A DNA stretch of 64,000 bases. It comes from Planctomycetota bacterium. GTDB lineage: Bacteria; Planctomycetota; UBA8108; UBA1146; JAJFFE01. Positions 1 through 9,487 of the stretch are shown one piece after another. The translations under genes and the position numbers were made by a program. The stretch spans positions 28,793 to 92,792 of the forward strand of contig JBFWWP010000020.1 of the NCBI GenBank assembly GCA_050246115.1, written 5' to 3'. Position 1 is the first letter of the stretch. Each line of letters starts with the position of its first letter. The notes under the pieces are model-generated. The model was not told the DNA's origin, made no database searches, and saw only the letters and a program-made list of their open reading frames with translations.

Positions 1-993
1 CTCGCGCGCCGGAGTGTCCGGCAGATCGAACTTCAAGCCCTGCTCCAGGACGTCGTCGCTACTCGTCGAAATGAAGCGCACCTGAACCTGGACGAGAGGT
101 TGCTCGACGTCCACGTTCTCGATCAGGCGCTCCATCTCGATCAGCCGCGGCTCGACGTCCTTGACGATCAAGGTGTTCGTCGCGACGTCGAAGTCCATCT
201 CGCCGTCCTCGGACAGCGCTTTCTTCAGCGCCCGGAGCAGAGTGAACTCCTCCTCGAGCGCGACTTTCCCAGAGCCTTGTCGGTCGATGGTCTGTTTCTC
301 GACGTCGGCGATGATCGCCTCGTAGCGTTCCGGTGGCCGCACGTGCCGCAGCCGGAAAACCCGCGTCAGCAGGTTCTTCTTCAGCGTCTCCGCCCGCACG
401 ACTCGAATGATGTCGGTTACCCCTTCCGACTCCTCGACGGTGACGTAGCCAGCAGTCTTGACGATCGTGTCGAGCGCGTCGCGCCACGGCACATCGCGCA
501 ACGACAGCGACACCTTGCCGGTGATGTCCTCGGCAATGACGATGTTGGCGCCGCTCTGCTTGGCGAGTAGGTCCAGCACGACCTTCAGATCCGCATCCTG
601 AAACTCGATGCTGATGGCTGGCGGTTGGCTGAAGCGAATCAGACGCGGGCTTTCGAACAGAATCTTGCAGTTCGCTTGACGCGCGATGACGCTCAACGCC
701 TGACGCCACTCGATCGAATCGAGCGAGATCGTCACCTTCTCGTTCACCTCGGGGTCGGCGACGATGTTGATGTCAACCTGGCGACCGATCCCTTGCAGGA
801 CCTCACGCAGGTCCTTGTCGCGCACGTCGATCGTGATGTACTCCAGAGTGTCCGCGCGTCGTGGACGACCTCCAGATACCAACGGGTCCTCTTGGGCAAC
901 CGCGGGATTCGCGCCACCCAAGTAGACGAACCCCGCAGCGAGGAACGCCAGGGCCAGACCCAACCTGCCCGAGGAACACACGTGGGCAAACAT
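1..993 (-). CDS. pilQ: Type IV pilus secretin PilQ, N-terminal part only. The gene runs off the window start, so the secretin core is not in the window.
   Basis: Minus-strand frame absent from the ORF track because it has no stop in the window. ATG is the complement of 991-993. The translation MFAHVCSSGRLGLALAFLAAGFVYLGGANPAVAQ has a signal peptide, followed by repeated ITIDVRDKDLREVLQGIGRQVDINIVADP / ISIEFQDADLKVVLDLLAKQSGANIVIAED blocks and VQVQVRFISTSSD, which is typical of PilQ N0/beta domains. It lies directly downstream of pilMNOP. Confidence 0.75.
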   Translation of the reverse strand, partial: MFAHVCSSGRLGLALAFLAAGFVYLGGANPAVAQEDPLVSGGRPRRADTLEYITIDVRDKDLREVLQGIGRQVDINIVADPEVNEKVTISLDSIEWRQALSVIARQANCKILFESPRLIRFSQPPAISIEFQDADLKVVLDLLAKQSGANIVIAEDITGKVSLSLRDVPWRDALDTIVKTAGYVTVEESEGVTDIIRVVRAETLKKNLLTRVFRLRHVRPPERYEAIIADVEKQTIDRQGSGKVALEEEFTLLRALKKALSEDGEMDFDVATNTLIVKDVEPRLIEMERLIENVDVEQPLVQVQVRFISTSSDDVLEQGLKFDLPDTPARE

Positions 994-1302
994 CCATACC
1001 TCCAAACACAACACGCTTCCGTTGAGGATGCGCCTACCGACTCTCGAGGAATCCAAAGTCGAAGCGCTGATCCTGCTATCGGGAAGATGCTCGCCGGACT
1101 GTAGGAGTTTGGCTCATGAGCCACCGCGCCGCGGCTGGGGGCGCGGCATGCGCTTGATTCGGGGCTCGTGGCGCCCGGAACGACAACGAGCTCGGCACGA
1201 GAGCCGCGGCTCCCGACCAAGCTCGTTCCGGTAAACTGCACCCGCTCCGCGGGGTCCTGCGCCCCACCTCCCGGTGCTGGCGCCGCCCGCTAGGCTCGCA
1301 AA

Positions 1303-2607
1303 TCAGTAGCGGCGGAAGACGAGAGGGATCTCCTCGCCTTTGTAGTTGAACATGATCTGGTTGCGCTCGATTCCGACCACGTACATGCTGTCGTACTTCT
1401 GTCCGACCCTCAGCACGCGATCGTTGAGGATCGCGATCGGCGACCCCTCGTGGTAGACAATGCCCTGAATCGCGAGCCCCTTCCCCGAGAACTCCTGGCG
1501 AATTTCGGCGCGCGTACGCCACTCTTGCCCGACCCGGAGCACGATATCCGCCACTTCGCGCGCCTCCGGATCCACGGCCAGCATGGAGTCCGCGATCTTC
1601 TTGATGTCCTTGTAGAGGATGTCGATCTGCGCGTAGTCCTCGTTGCGAAACACGCGGCGCATCTCGTCAACGATCCCCTGAGCCTCGCCATAGTAGTACT
1701 TCAGGCGAATCTCCTTGATGCGCGACTCGATCTGCTCCTTCTGATCGACGATCTTGCGGAACTCGCCCGCAAACGCGGGAATCGTGATCTTCTCTTCGTG
1801 CGCGATGTACTCGTTCAACTCCTTGAACGCTTCCATCGCCCGTTCCTCGTCCTCCCGGCTCAGGAAGATCTCGATGCGGATCAGACAGCGGTTGGCCGCG
1901 GTGAGCACCTCCTGCTGCTTCTCCTTCGACCACCGGTTCGCGCCGAGATCCTCTCCGCTTTCGGAGTCCTCTCCGGTCGGCCTTCGGAACCGCGTCGTCA
2001 TCGGGTCGCGCTTGTCGTCCAGGTCGAGCTGGTACTTTTCGAGCTGCAGCCCGAGCTTCACGAACTCGGTGTCACTGCGGAAGGTCTCCAACCGCTTCGA
2101 CTCCCGCGCCGCACGCATCAGGTTCAAGCCGTTCTCCGCGGCCTTTCTGAGATGCTCCAGCGCCTTATCCCGCCGCCCTTCAGCAATGTGCGTCTCGGCG
2201 ATGAGGAGGTGAGCCACGGCCAGGTTTCCACCGAGATCGATGAAGTCTTGGAACTTGCGGCGCGCCTCGTCGAAGTTGCTGCTCTCGGCGAACAGCACCC
2301 CCAGCGAGATGTGGTAGTCACTCTCGTAGGGGTCCAACGTCACCAGTTCCTTGAGATTGTTCACGGCCAATCGCCCGCGGGATTGGTTCAAGTTCCTGAG
2401 CGCCTGGCGCTCCAGGTCCTTGATGCGTCGATCCGCCTCCTGCGGCGTCCCGAGGAAGATGTCGCCCGGGTCCTCGGCCGGCGCCGACGGCTCCTGAGCG
2501 GTCGCAACAGAAGAGCCCAACCCCAAGACCCACACGAGGGCGACGAGTCGTCCAACCCTCGTCCAGGCGGCTCTGTTCGGGCAGCGTCCAAGCATGGTGT
2601 GATTCAC
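1303..2607 (-). CDS. PilP-like pilus assembly protein with an N-terminal signal peptide and a TPR-like middle region
   Basis: 434 aa. It has a signal peptide (LVALVWVLGLGSSVATAQE). The C-terminus GLAIQGIVYHEGSPIAILNDRVLRVGQKYDSMYVVGIERNQIMFNYKGEEIPLVF matches the PilP beta-domain pattern. It occupies the pilP position between pilO and pilQ, with a 4-nt overlap with pilO. Confidence 0.55.
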   Translation of the reverse strand: MNHTMLGRCPNRAAWTRVGRLVALVWVLGLGSSVATAQEPSAPAEDPGDIFLGTPQEADRRIKDLERQALRNLNQSRGRLAVNNLKELVTLDPYESDYHISLGVLFAESSNFDEARRKFQDFIDLGGNLAVAHLLIAETHIAEGRRDKALEHLRKAAENGLNLMRAARESKRLETFRSDTEFVKLGLQLEKYQLDLDDKRDPMTTRFRRPTGEDSESGEDLGANRWSKEKQQEVLTAANRCLIRIEIFLSREDEERAMEAFKELNEYIAHEEKITIPAFAGEFRKIVDQKEQIESRIKEIRLKYYYGEAQGIVDEMRRVFRNEDYAQIDILYKDIKKIADSMLAVDPEAREVADIVLRVGQEWRTRAEIRQEFSGKGLAIQGIVYHEGSPIAILNDRVLRVGQKYDSMYVVGIERNQIMFNYKGEEIPLVFRRY

Positions 2608-3257
2608 TTCCTAGGCGTTCCGCTCTCGGGGGTCGCACTGACAACGGGGCGAGCGTAGGTGTACGTCGAGATCACGAGCTCGATGGTCTTGCGTGAGTTC
2701 TCGGCCAGGCGAATCTCTTCGCCACCTTCTCCCCGCCCGGTCTTGCCCGTCGGCGCGATCTTCATCTCGACGATCTCGAGGAACCGGGTGTGGTTCTCGA
2801 CACGATTCACGAAGCGCACGAAGTCCAGGTAGGTGCCTTCGAGCTGGAAACGATACTTGTGTTGCTCGAAGTTGACCCGTGCAGCCTCGGGAGCCCCCTT
2901 TTTCTTCGCGACGAACTTCTTCTCTACGGGTGCCCCGTTGACGATCACGAGGCTCGTGTCCTGGATGAACTGCTCGATGTCTTCCAGGAAGGCATCCAGG
3001 CTTACCTCGGCCTCCGTCGGCAAGATCTCGGCATAGTCCTCGATGATCTGCGCGAGTTCCTCCGACTCCTTGCGGAGCTTCGGGATCATCGCGATCTTGG
3101 CTTGCGCTTCTGCCTCCTCTTGGTCGAGCTTGATGCGGGTCTCTTTGAGCTCGGTTCGCTTCCGCAAGCAGGAGTACGCAAAGAGTCCTTCGCCCAGGAT
3201 CGCCACAGCGAACACGACGATCACGACCACGAACTGCTGTTTCTCGGTCAATCGCAT
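2604..3257 (-). CDS. pilO: Type IV pilus assembly protein PilO
   Basis: 217 aa with a single N-terminal TM helix (FVVVIVVFAVAILG) followed by a coiled-coil and a periplasmic domain. Position is between pilN and the pilP-like gene. Confidence 0.65.
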   Translation of the reverse strand: MRLTEKQQFVVVIVVFAVAILGEGLFAYSCLRKRTELKETRIKLDQEEAEAQAKIAMIPKLRKESEELAQIIEDYAEILPTEAEVSLDAFLEDIEQFIQDTSLVIVNGAPVEKKFVAKKKGAPEAARVNFEQHKYRFQLEGTYLDFVRFVNRVENHTRFLEIVEMKIAPTGKTGRGEGGEEIRLAENSRKTIELVISTYTYARPVVSATPESGTPRK

Positions 3258-3267
3258 GCGAACACCC

Positions 3268-3984
3268 TTACTTCTTGCTCTTCTTCTTCTTGACCGGCTT
3301 CGGCTCTTCCTTCGCCACGGGTTTCTCGTACCGAGCCTTCAGCTGAAGCTCGAGGACGAACCGCAGGAAGTCCCCTTGGTATGGAGCCTCGAGGTTGACT
3401 CGAGACCATGACGGGTCGGCAATCGCGACGAAGTCGCTGAAGAAGTTGTCCGGCAGAGCGGAGATGTCTACGAGGTTCTTGTAGAAGGCTCGCTCACCGG
3501 TCAGCGCCTTGCGGTACTCGGTCAGTGCCGTCAACTCGGCGCCTTCGGCAAAGCACGTGAGGGTGAGCCGGCCGCCAGTCTGCAGCTTGTTAGCCTCCCA
3601 CTTGTAGTCCGCACGGTCGAGTGTCTCCATCGCCATCTCGGTGATCAGAATCCCCTCGGGGGTCCGCTCGATCAGTTGGTCGAGCTTCGGCGCGAGCAGT
3701 ACGCGGCGCTCTTTGATCTCCAGGATGGCGGTTTCCCGTTCCTTGTAGAACCGGATGTCTTCGTTGATGCGATCGACCTCCTGGGCGTTCTCCTTCGCGA
3801 TGTTGACATCGACTTGGCGCCGGTTCTTGTCGTCCTCGAGGGAACGTACGCTGAACCACAGCCAGAGCACAGCCACACCGAGCAACATGGTGGCAACGAT
3901 GCCACCGATGAGCGTCAGGAACAGCGCCTTTGGCGTTCCTGCTGCGCGTTGCAGTTCGGGGGGGAGCAGGTTGATTCTGATCAC
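3268..3984 (-). CDS. pilN: Type IV pilus assembly protein PilN
   Basis: Starts MIRINLLPPELQ, the canonical PilN N-terminus, then a TM helix and a coiled-coil. Lies immediately downstream of pilM. Confidence 0.8.
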   Translation of the reverse strand: MIRINLLPPELQRAAGTPKALFLTLIGGIVATMLLGVAVLWLWFSVRSLEDDKNRRQVDVNIAKENAQEVDRINEDIRFYKERETAILEIKERRVLLAPKLDQLIERTPEGILITEMAMETLDRADYKWEANKLQTGGRLTLTCFAEGAELTALTEYRKALTGERAFYKNLVDISALPDNFFSDFVAIADPSWSRVNLEAPYQGDFLRFVLELQLKARYEKPVAKEEPKPVKKKKSKK

Positions 3985-4038
3985 GGCTCGAACGACCTTT
4001 CGGAAAGCTGCTGGAGGGTCGAACCCACCATGAGAAAA

Positions 4039-5076
4039 CTACTGGCTATCAAGCAACCGAGCGCCGAGGCCGACGGCGATCGGCAACTGGCTTGCATGCG
4101 CACGCAACTCCTCGACGTCGATCTTCTCTCCGCGTAGCTCGAGGTGCTCGGTGGGATCCCAGACGGTTGCCTTCAGGTCGAACACCCGCTCGAACGCCAT
4201 CTGCAGCCCCGGGGTCTGCACCGCCCCGCCCGACAAGAAGACCTCCGCGACCTCACGGTCGAACTGGTTCTCGAAGTAGTCGAACGACAGGTGGATCTCG
4301 TTGGCCAGGTCATCGAGGACTGGCAGCATCGCGTCCTCGAGCTCGCTCTCCCGGCCCTGAGGGTTGCGCTTCAGTTCCTCGGCTTCGTTTCGCTCCACGT
4401 GGAGTTGCCGGCTGATCGCCTCCGACAGGTCATCTCCAGCGAGGTAGATCTCCCGGGAGAAGTAGGACGTGCTCCCCTTGAGAATGCTCACGGTGGTCTT
4501 GGTGGCACCGACGTCGATCAGCGCGACGACGCGATCGTCATCTTCGACGCGCGGACTGTTCCGGCTCCGTAGTTCGTAGGCGTTGGTCAAGGCGAAGGTA
4601 TCGATGTCGATGGCAACCGGTTGCAGGCCCATTTCCTGGATCAAGTTGACATGCTCTTGCAGCAGCGACTTCTTGGCCGCCACCAGGAGCACCTTCATTT
4701 CGCGCTCCGTGTCTCCATCGCCGTCGAGATCTTCCAGCTTCTGGCCGTCGATCGCGACTTCGTCGACGTCGAACGGGATGTACTTGTCGGCCTCGTAGCG
4801 CAGCGCCCCCTTGAGCTCGCTCTCGTCCATGTGCGGCAAGTTGACGTACCGCACGATCACCGAGCGCCCCGATACTGCGGTACAGACGCGGCGAGTCTTG
4901 ATCGACGCGCGCTCCAGAACTTCCAGAACGGCGGTCGCGGTCTGCTCTGGTGACTGAATCCGAGCGTGACCGAATCCCGTGATCTTCAGGCTGTCCCCAA
5001 CCTGCGTCAGCTCGACGGCCTTGACCTCGCTGCTGCCGATGTCGAGGCCGACGACGGACTTCCTTCTGTTGAACAT
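4039..5076 (-). CDS. pilM: Type IV pilus assembly ATPase-fold protein PilM
   Basis: MFNRRKSVVGLDIGSSEVKAVEL (actin-like/FtsA-fold PilM signature). Start moved to the internal ATG (complement of 5074-5076), because the 13 upstream codons are non-conserved. Confidence 0.8.
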   Translation of the reverse strand: MFNRRKSVVGLDIGSSEVKAVELTQVGDSLKITGFGHARIQSPEQTATAVLEVLERASIKTRRVCTAVSGRSVIVRYVNLPHMDESELKGALRYEADKYIPFDVDEVAIDGQKLEDLDGDGDTEREMKVLLVAAKKSLLQEHVNLIQEMGLQPVAIDIDTFALTNAYELRSRNSPRVEDDDRVVALIDVGATKTTVSILKGSTSYFSREIYLAGDDLSEAISRQLHVERNEAEELKRNPQGRESELEDAMLPVLDDLANEIHLSFDYFENQFDREVAEVFLSGGAVQTPGLQMAFERVFDLKATVWDPTEHLELRGEKIDVEELRAHASQLPIAVGLGARLLDSQ

Positions 5077-5421
5077 GGGCCGGGGCTTTCTAGGTGGGAC
5101 GCACCCGTCGCACACCAGAGACCGAAGATTTCGACTGACTTACGGTGCTGGGCCTTTGGCTCCGAGTCACTCACGAAGCACGGCGCCCCAGGCGCACAGC
5201 GACCTTGCCCACGCCTCGTGATCGATCCGGGCTAGGAAGAATACCCGGCGCTGTCAAAAAGCGTCAAATCGGGGCCGCGGGCAACGAGGAGAGGGGCGAC
5301 CCCGCCGGCTGCGCGCGGGTCGACTGCCGTAGCGACGGGTTGTGTCAGGTTACCGGAAGGTTGCGACAGGGCGGTGTCGGAAGCGGGTCCCGAAGCGAGC
5401 TCGGAAAACGTTCGCTCCGGC

Positions 5422-7170
5422 CTACCGCGACTCGATGCTCGGTAGCTTCTCGGCCATCCAAGCGCGGAGTTCGCGGTCGATCGAGATGCGGTCGGGGTGT
5501 GCGAGGCATCGCAATGCGAGTTCACGGCTCTCGAACACCCGGATCGCGCGGATGACTTGCTTTACCTCGGGAATGGTCGTCGGGCTGACGCTCAGGTTGC
5601 GAAAGCCCAGTCCCACGAGCAAGGGAATGTAGAACGGCTCGGAAGCCATCTCGCCGCACACGGAGACCGGGATCCCGGCACGCTCTCCGGCGGCGCGCAC
5701 CGCCGCCAGGAGCCGCAGCACCGCCGGGTGCGCGGAGTCATAGAGAGCTGCCACGTGCTCGTTGCCCCGGTCGACGGCCAAGGTGTACTGCGTCAAGTCA
5801 TTCGTGCCGACGGAGAAGAAGTCGGCCTTGGCCGCCAAGGCATCGGCGATCAGCGCTGCCGACGGCAGCTCGACCATGATACCGATCCGAATGTCCTCGT
5901 CGAAGGTGACGCCTTCCTCTCGTAGCTCCAACTTGGCTTGGTCGATCATGGTGCGGGCGCGCTCGAGTTCGTCGACCGAGCCCACCATCGGTAGCATGAT
6001 GCGCACCGTGCCCAAGGCGGAGGCGCGCAAAATGGCCCGCAGTTGCGCGTGAAACAGCTCCGGGTGGGAGAAGCAGTAGCGCAACGAACGACAGCCGAGA
6101 AACGGATTCTCCTCGGCCGCCATGTCGAGGTCGTCGGTTCCCTTGTCCGCTCCCAGGTCAAGGGTGCGGAAGACTACCGGCCGATCACCGACGTCCTTGA
6201 GAACCGCGCGGTAGTGCTGAAAGTGCCCCTCTTCGCCGGTACGCGGATTGGCCAGGTGGATGAACTCGGTGCGGTACAGCCCGATTCCAGCGGCCCCCAA
6301 GCTGCACGCGGTGTGAACCTCCTTGGGCAGTTCGACGTTGGCGTGAATCTCGATGCCGTAGCCATCCATGGTCTCGGATGGCAACGCGCCCTCCTTCCGG
6401 AGGCGGCGTGCAACCTTGGCCCGATCCGCAACTTTCGACTGATAGGTCGCGAGCGTCCGGGAGTCGGGGTTCATCAGGACGACGCCGCGAAATCCATCGA
6501 TGATCAACAGGTCGCCGCCCACTGCGGAAGTCGAGATGTTCTCGAGACCGACGACGGCTGGAATGCCTAGCGCCTTCGCAATGATCGCCGTGTGGGAAGT
6601 CTTCCCTCCCACGTCGGTCGCAAAGCCCTTGACCCGGCTCGGGTCGAGCTTCGCGGTCTGCGCGGGGGTGAGATTCCGCGCCACGATGACGACCTCACGC
6701 TCGAGGTTCTCCAGGGTTTCGATGCGGGAGCCGAGGAGCGTGCTGAGAATCAGCCGCTCGATGTCGTAGAGGTCATGGATCCGCTCGGAGATGATCTGCG
6801 AGTCCATGCTGGCGAACTTCTTGATGTACTTGTTGATGACTCGAGAGACGGCGTGCTCCGCGGTGAACTGATTCTCACGGATGCCCGCGAGAATGCCGTT
6901 ACGCATCACTGGATCGCTGAGCAGCGTCCGGTGGATCTCTAGGATCTGGGTGTTGATCTGGAGCTTCGGGCCCAGTCGGTCGATCTCGACTTCGAGACGC
7001 CGCTCTGCCTGCTTGACGCCCTCCTCGAAACGCAGCACTTCTTCTTCGACGTGTTCCTTCTCGACGAAGCGCTGTGGGATGCGAATTTCCTCGGTGTCGA
7101 GGATGAAGGCTTCGCCGATGACGATACCGGGAGATACTGCGATCCCCTTCTTCATCTCCACGGACGGCAT
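5422..7170 (-). CDS. ptsI: Phosphoenolpyruvate-protein phosphotransferase (PTS Enzyme I)
   Basis: MPSVEMKKGIAVSPGIVIGEAF is the EI N-terminus. Also has GGKTSHTAIIAKALGIPAVVG (phospho-His region) and a C-terminal PEP-utilising domain with CGEMA. The ORF-track start at 7329 is an unconserved upstream extension; the start is set at the ATG complementary to 7168-7170. Confidence 0.85.
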   Translation of the reverse strand: MPSVEMKKGIAVSPGIVIGEAFILDTEEIRIPQRFVEKEHVEEEVLRFEEGVKQAERRLEVEIDRLGPKLQINTQILEIHRTLLSDPVMRNGILAGIRENQFTAEHAVSRVINKYIKKFASMDSQIISERIHDLYDIERLILSTLLGSRIETLENLEREVVIVARNLTPAQTAKLDPSRVKGFATDVGGKTSHTAIIAKALGIPAVVGLENISTSAVGGDLLIIDGFRGVVLMNPDSRTLATYQSKVADRAKVARRLRKEGALPSETMDGYGIEIHANVELPKEVHTACSLGAAGIGLYRTEFIHLANPRTGEEGHFQHYRAVLKDVGDRPVVFRTLDLGADKGTDDLDMAAEENPFLGCRSLRYCFSHPELFHAQLRAILRASALGTVRIMLPMVGSVDELERARTMIDQAKLELREEGVTFDEDIRIGIMVELPSAALIADALAAKADFFSVGTNDLTQYTLAVDRGNEHVAALYDSAHPAVLRLLAAVRAAGERAGIPVSVCGEMASEPFYIPLLVGLGFRNLSVSPTTIPEVKQVIRAIRVFESRELALRCLAHPDRISIDRELRAWMAEKLPSIESR

Positions 7171-7325
7171 CCTCTCGCACCGCGAGGACACGTCGAACCG
7201 ATGCACGCCCTTCAGGTGACTCGGGCTAGTCCGAACCCGTGGGCAGTGCTTGGGTCCAAGTGCTCGCAACTCGGGAATCCGGCGTACACACCGCCGACTC
7301 GGCCTTCGACCGGGGGTGTGCCCCG

Positions 7326-7634
7326 TCAAACTCCATGGAAGTCCGCGCGCACCAGTGCTTCGAGTGCGTGCAGCGCCTTTTCGGCGTCCTTACCGACGAC
7401 CCGGACGACGATCTCGTGCCCCTTCTCCGCCCCCAAGGTCATGATGCCGAGCACGCTCTTGCCGTTGACCTCATTGTCCGCCGAATCCCCGCGAGACAAG
7501 AAGACGTCGGAGGCGAACCTTTGGGCGATCTCGACGAACTTCGTGGACGCTCGAGCATGGAGGCCATGCTGGTTGGTGACGAGCAGCCTCTTCACGATCT
7601 CCACATCGACACCGATTCCTTGCCCGCTGCTCAC
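7326..7634 (-). CDS. ptsH: Phosphocarrier protein HPr/NPr
   Basis: 102 aa with TNQHGLHARAS (active-site His15 region) and GKSVLGIMTLGAEKGHEI (Ser46 region). Overlaps ptsI by 4 nt. Confidence 0.8.
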   Translation of the reverse strand: MSSGQGIGVDVEIVKRLLVTNQHGLHARASTKFVEIAQRFASDVFLSRGDSADNEVNGKSVLGIMTLGAEKGHEIVVRVVGKDAEKALHALEALVRADFHGV

Positions 7635-8632
7635 ACCCTACAAAGGAACGTATCATGGATCAGGCTCGCCAGTTTGACCGAACTATGCCGAATCGGTCCC
7701 GCTCCCGGATCGAGCAGATCCCCCGTCACGACTTCTACTTCACGCATCGCGAGGTCTGCAACCCCGCCACGAACCGGAATCGCACCGTCACGCGAGTAGC
7801 GTTCGAGCCGCTCGGCATCGATCTCCCCAGCGTGCAGCACCACGGCCGAGACGAACTGGCAGCGGGCGTGACGCTCGAGCGCGTCGACGTGCTCGAGGAG
7901 CGACATGCCGCTGGTCTCTCCCGGCTGCGTCATGATGTTGGCGATGTAGACCTTCGGACACGGATTCGCCAGCACCCGTTCACGAACCCCGGGAACCAAC
8001 AGGTTCGGGATCACGCTCGTGAAGAGGCTGCCGGGCCCGAACAACATGATGTCGGCCTCGACGAGGGCCTGGGCGACATCGTCGGCAACCGGGCCGACCC
8101 GGGGCCGGATCTCGACGCGATCGATCGGCAAGCCCGCGGCACCGATCTGCACCTCCCCCGTCGACTTGTCCCCACCCGGGTGGTGCGCGATCAGCGTGAC
8201 CTTGGTGCCGGTCGCCGGCAGCACTTTCCCCCGCACCTTGAGCAGTCGGTTCAGTTCGCGGATCGCGAGGTCGAAGCTGCCGGTCACACGAGTGAGCACG
8301 GTGATGAACAGATTGCCGAAGCTGTGCCCGCGCAGATCGGATTCCTCGAAGCGGTAGTCGAGAGCCTGAGCCAGCAGCGGCTCGGCCTCGGCGAGCGCCA
8401 ACAGGCAGCTGCGGATGTCGCCGGGCGGCACCATGTCGAAGTCCTTGCGGAGCCGACCCGAGGACCCTCCATTGTCCGTCACGGTCACGATTGCCGTCAG
8501 CTGCCCGGGGTACTGCTTGAGCCCCGACAACAGGCACGACATCCCGGTGCCTCCGCCGAAGGCAACCACCCGTGGGCCTTCCGGTCGGGGCAAGGCAGTC
8601 CCCTTGGCACCTGACTCAGGCCGGCTCGGCAT
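7631..8632 (-). CDS. yvcK: YvcK/CofD-family gluconeogenesis factor (UPF0052)
   Basis: VVAFGGGTGMSCLLSGLK...LTAIVTVTDNGGSSGRLRKDF...PPGDIRSCLLALA is a YvcK/CofD hallmark. Confidence 0.8.
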   Translation of the reverse strand: MPSRPESGAKGTALPRPEGPRVVAFGGGTGMSCLLSGLKQYPGQLTAIVTVTDNGGSSGRLRKDFDMVPPGDIRSCLLALAEAEPLLAQALDYRFEESDLRGHSFGNLFITVLTRVTGSFDLAIRELNRLLKVRGKVLPATGTKVTLIAHHPGGDKSTGEVQIGAAGLPIDRVEIRPRVGPVADDVAQALVEADIMLFGPGSLFTSVIPNLLVPGVRERVLANPCPKVYIANIMTQPGETSGMSLLEHVDALERHARCQFVSAVVLHAGEIDAERLERYSRDGAIPVRGGVADLAMREVEVVTGDLLDPGAGPIRHSSVKLASLIHDTFLCRV

Positions 8633-9104
8633 CGACTTCTTCGAAGATCTGCTGCAGGTTGGTGAGCGACTCTTCGCGGATGAGGTGCTGCATCGTGTTA
8701 CGGTCGCGCCCCAGCAGCACGACCCTCTTCATGAGTTGAATGTGCTCGGCCTCCGCCCCCGGCGGCGTCAGGATGAGGAAGAAGACGTGGGAGCGTTCAC
8801 CGTCGATCGCCCCGTAGTCGATGCCGCTACGCGAGCGGCCGAAGACGGCGCAAATGCGCGACACGTAGTGGCACGCCTTCATGTGCGGAACCGCCAGCCC
8901 GCGACCGATGCCGGTACTGGCTTCGCGCTCGCGGGCAACGATCGCCCGCGCTATCGAGTCTTGGGCACTCGCGTCGAGTCCCACGTCCGCGGCGAGCGTC
9001 TGCACCAACTCGGCGATCACGCGATCCCGCGTCGTGGCCTTGAGGTCGTTGATTCGCAGCGAGCTGCCGATCAGCCCGCAAAGAGAGACGGTGCGTGGCG
9101 TCAC
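8616..9104 (-). CDS. ptsN: PTS EIIA type-2 domain protein (PtsN-like, EIIA-Ntr)
   Basis: 162 aa with GIGRGLAVPHMK (EIIA-2 active-site His motif). Positioned between hpf and yvcK, as in rpoN-hpf-ptsN loci. Confidence 0.7.
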   Translation of the reverse strand: MTPRTVSLCGLIGSSLRINDLKATTRDRVIAELVQTLAADVGLDASAQDSIARAIVAREREASTGIGRGLAVPHMKACHYVSRICAVFGRSRSGIDYGAIDGERSHVFFLILTPPGAEAEHIQLMKRVVLLGRDRNTMQHLIREESLTNLQQIFEEVDAEPA

Positions 9105-9487
9105 TGGGGGAATTCCGTTCGATCGACGACATCCTGGTAAGAGTCGAGGTCGTCACCGGACCGATCCATGCGGCCAGTCGGTTCGGGCGTACTGCCGCGG
9201 TGCCCGCGCAGTCGTTCCTTGTGGCGGGTCACCGCATTCTCAGCCTTGTCGACGACCAAGTCTACTGCGGCTCGGAGTTGATCGTGGTCGACGTGGCAAA
9301 CGATGGTTTCGCCCCTGACGATGGACAGAATCGCTTCCGCGCGCATCCGCTGCCCCTCCGGCCCGAGGACGACCTCGAGCTTCTGGATCCCGTCGAAGTA
9401 GCGGACCAGCTTCTCCACCTTGCGCTCGACATACTCCCGGTCGACGCTGGAGAGTTCGAACCCGCGAGCGGTGACGACTGTGTTCAT
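9101..9487 (-). CDS. hpf: Ribosome hibernation promoting factor (HPF/RaiA family)
   Basis: MNTVVTARGFELSSVDREYVERKVEKLVRYFDGIQKLEVVL...AAVDLVVDKAENAVTRHKERL matches HPF. The track ORF (9820) has a 111-aa Arg-rich upstream extension judged spurious; the start is the ATG complementary to 9485-9487. Confidence 0.75.
   Translation of the reverse strand: MNTVVTARGFELSSVDREYVERKVEKLVRYFDGIQKLEVVLGPEGQRMRAEAILSIVRGETIVCHVDHDQLRAAVDLVVDKAENAVTRHKERLRGHRGSTPEPTGRMDRSGDDLDSYQDVVDRTEFPQ

Noticed and set aside
59-709. 216-aa minus-strand ORF from the six-frame track
   Set aside because: Arg/His-rich and low-complexity. A different frame on the same strand gives a clean PilQ N-terminal translation with a signal peptide and repeated secretin N-domain blocks.
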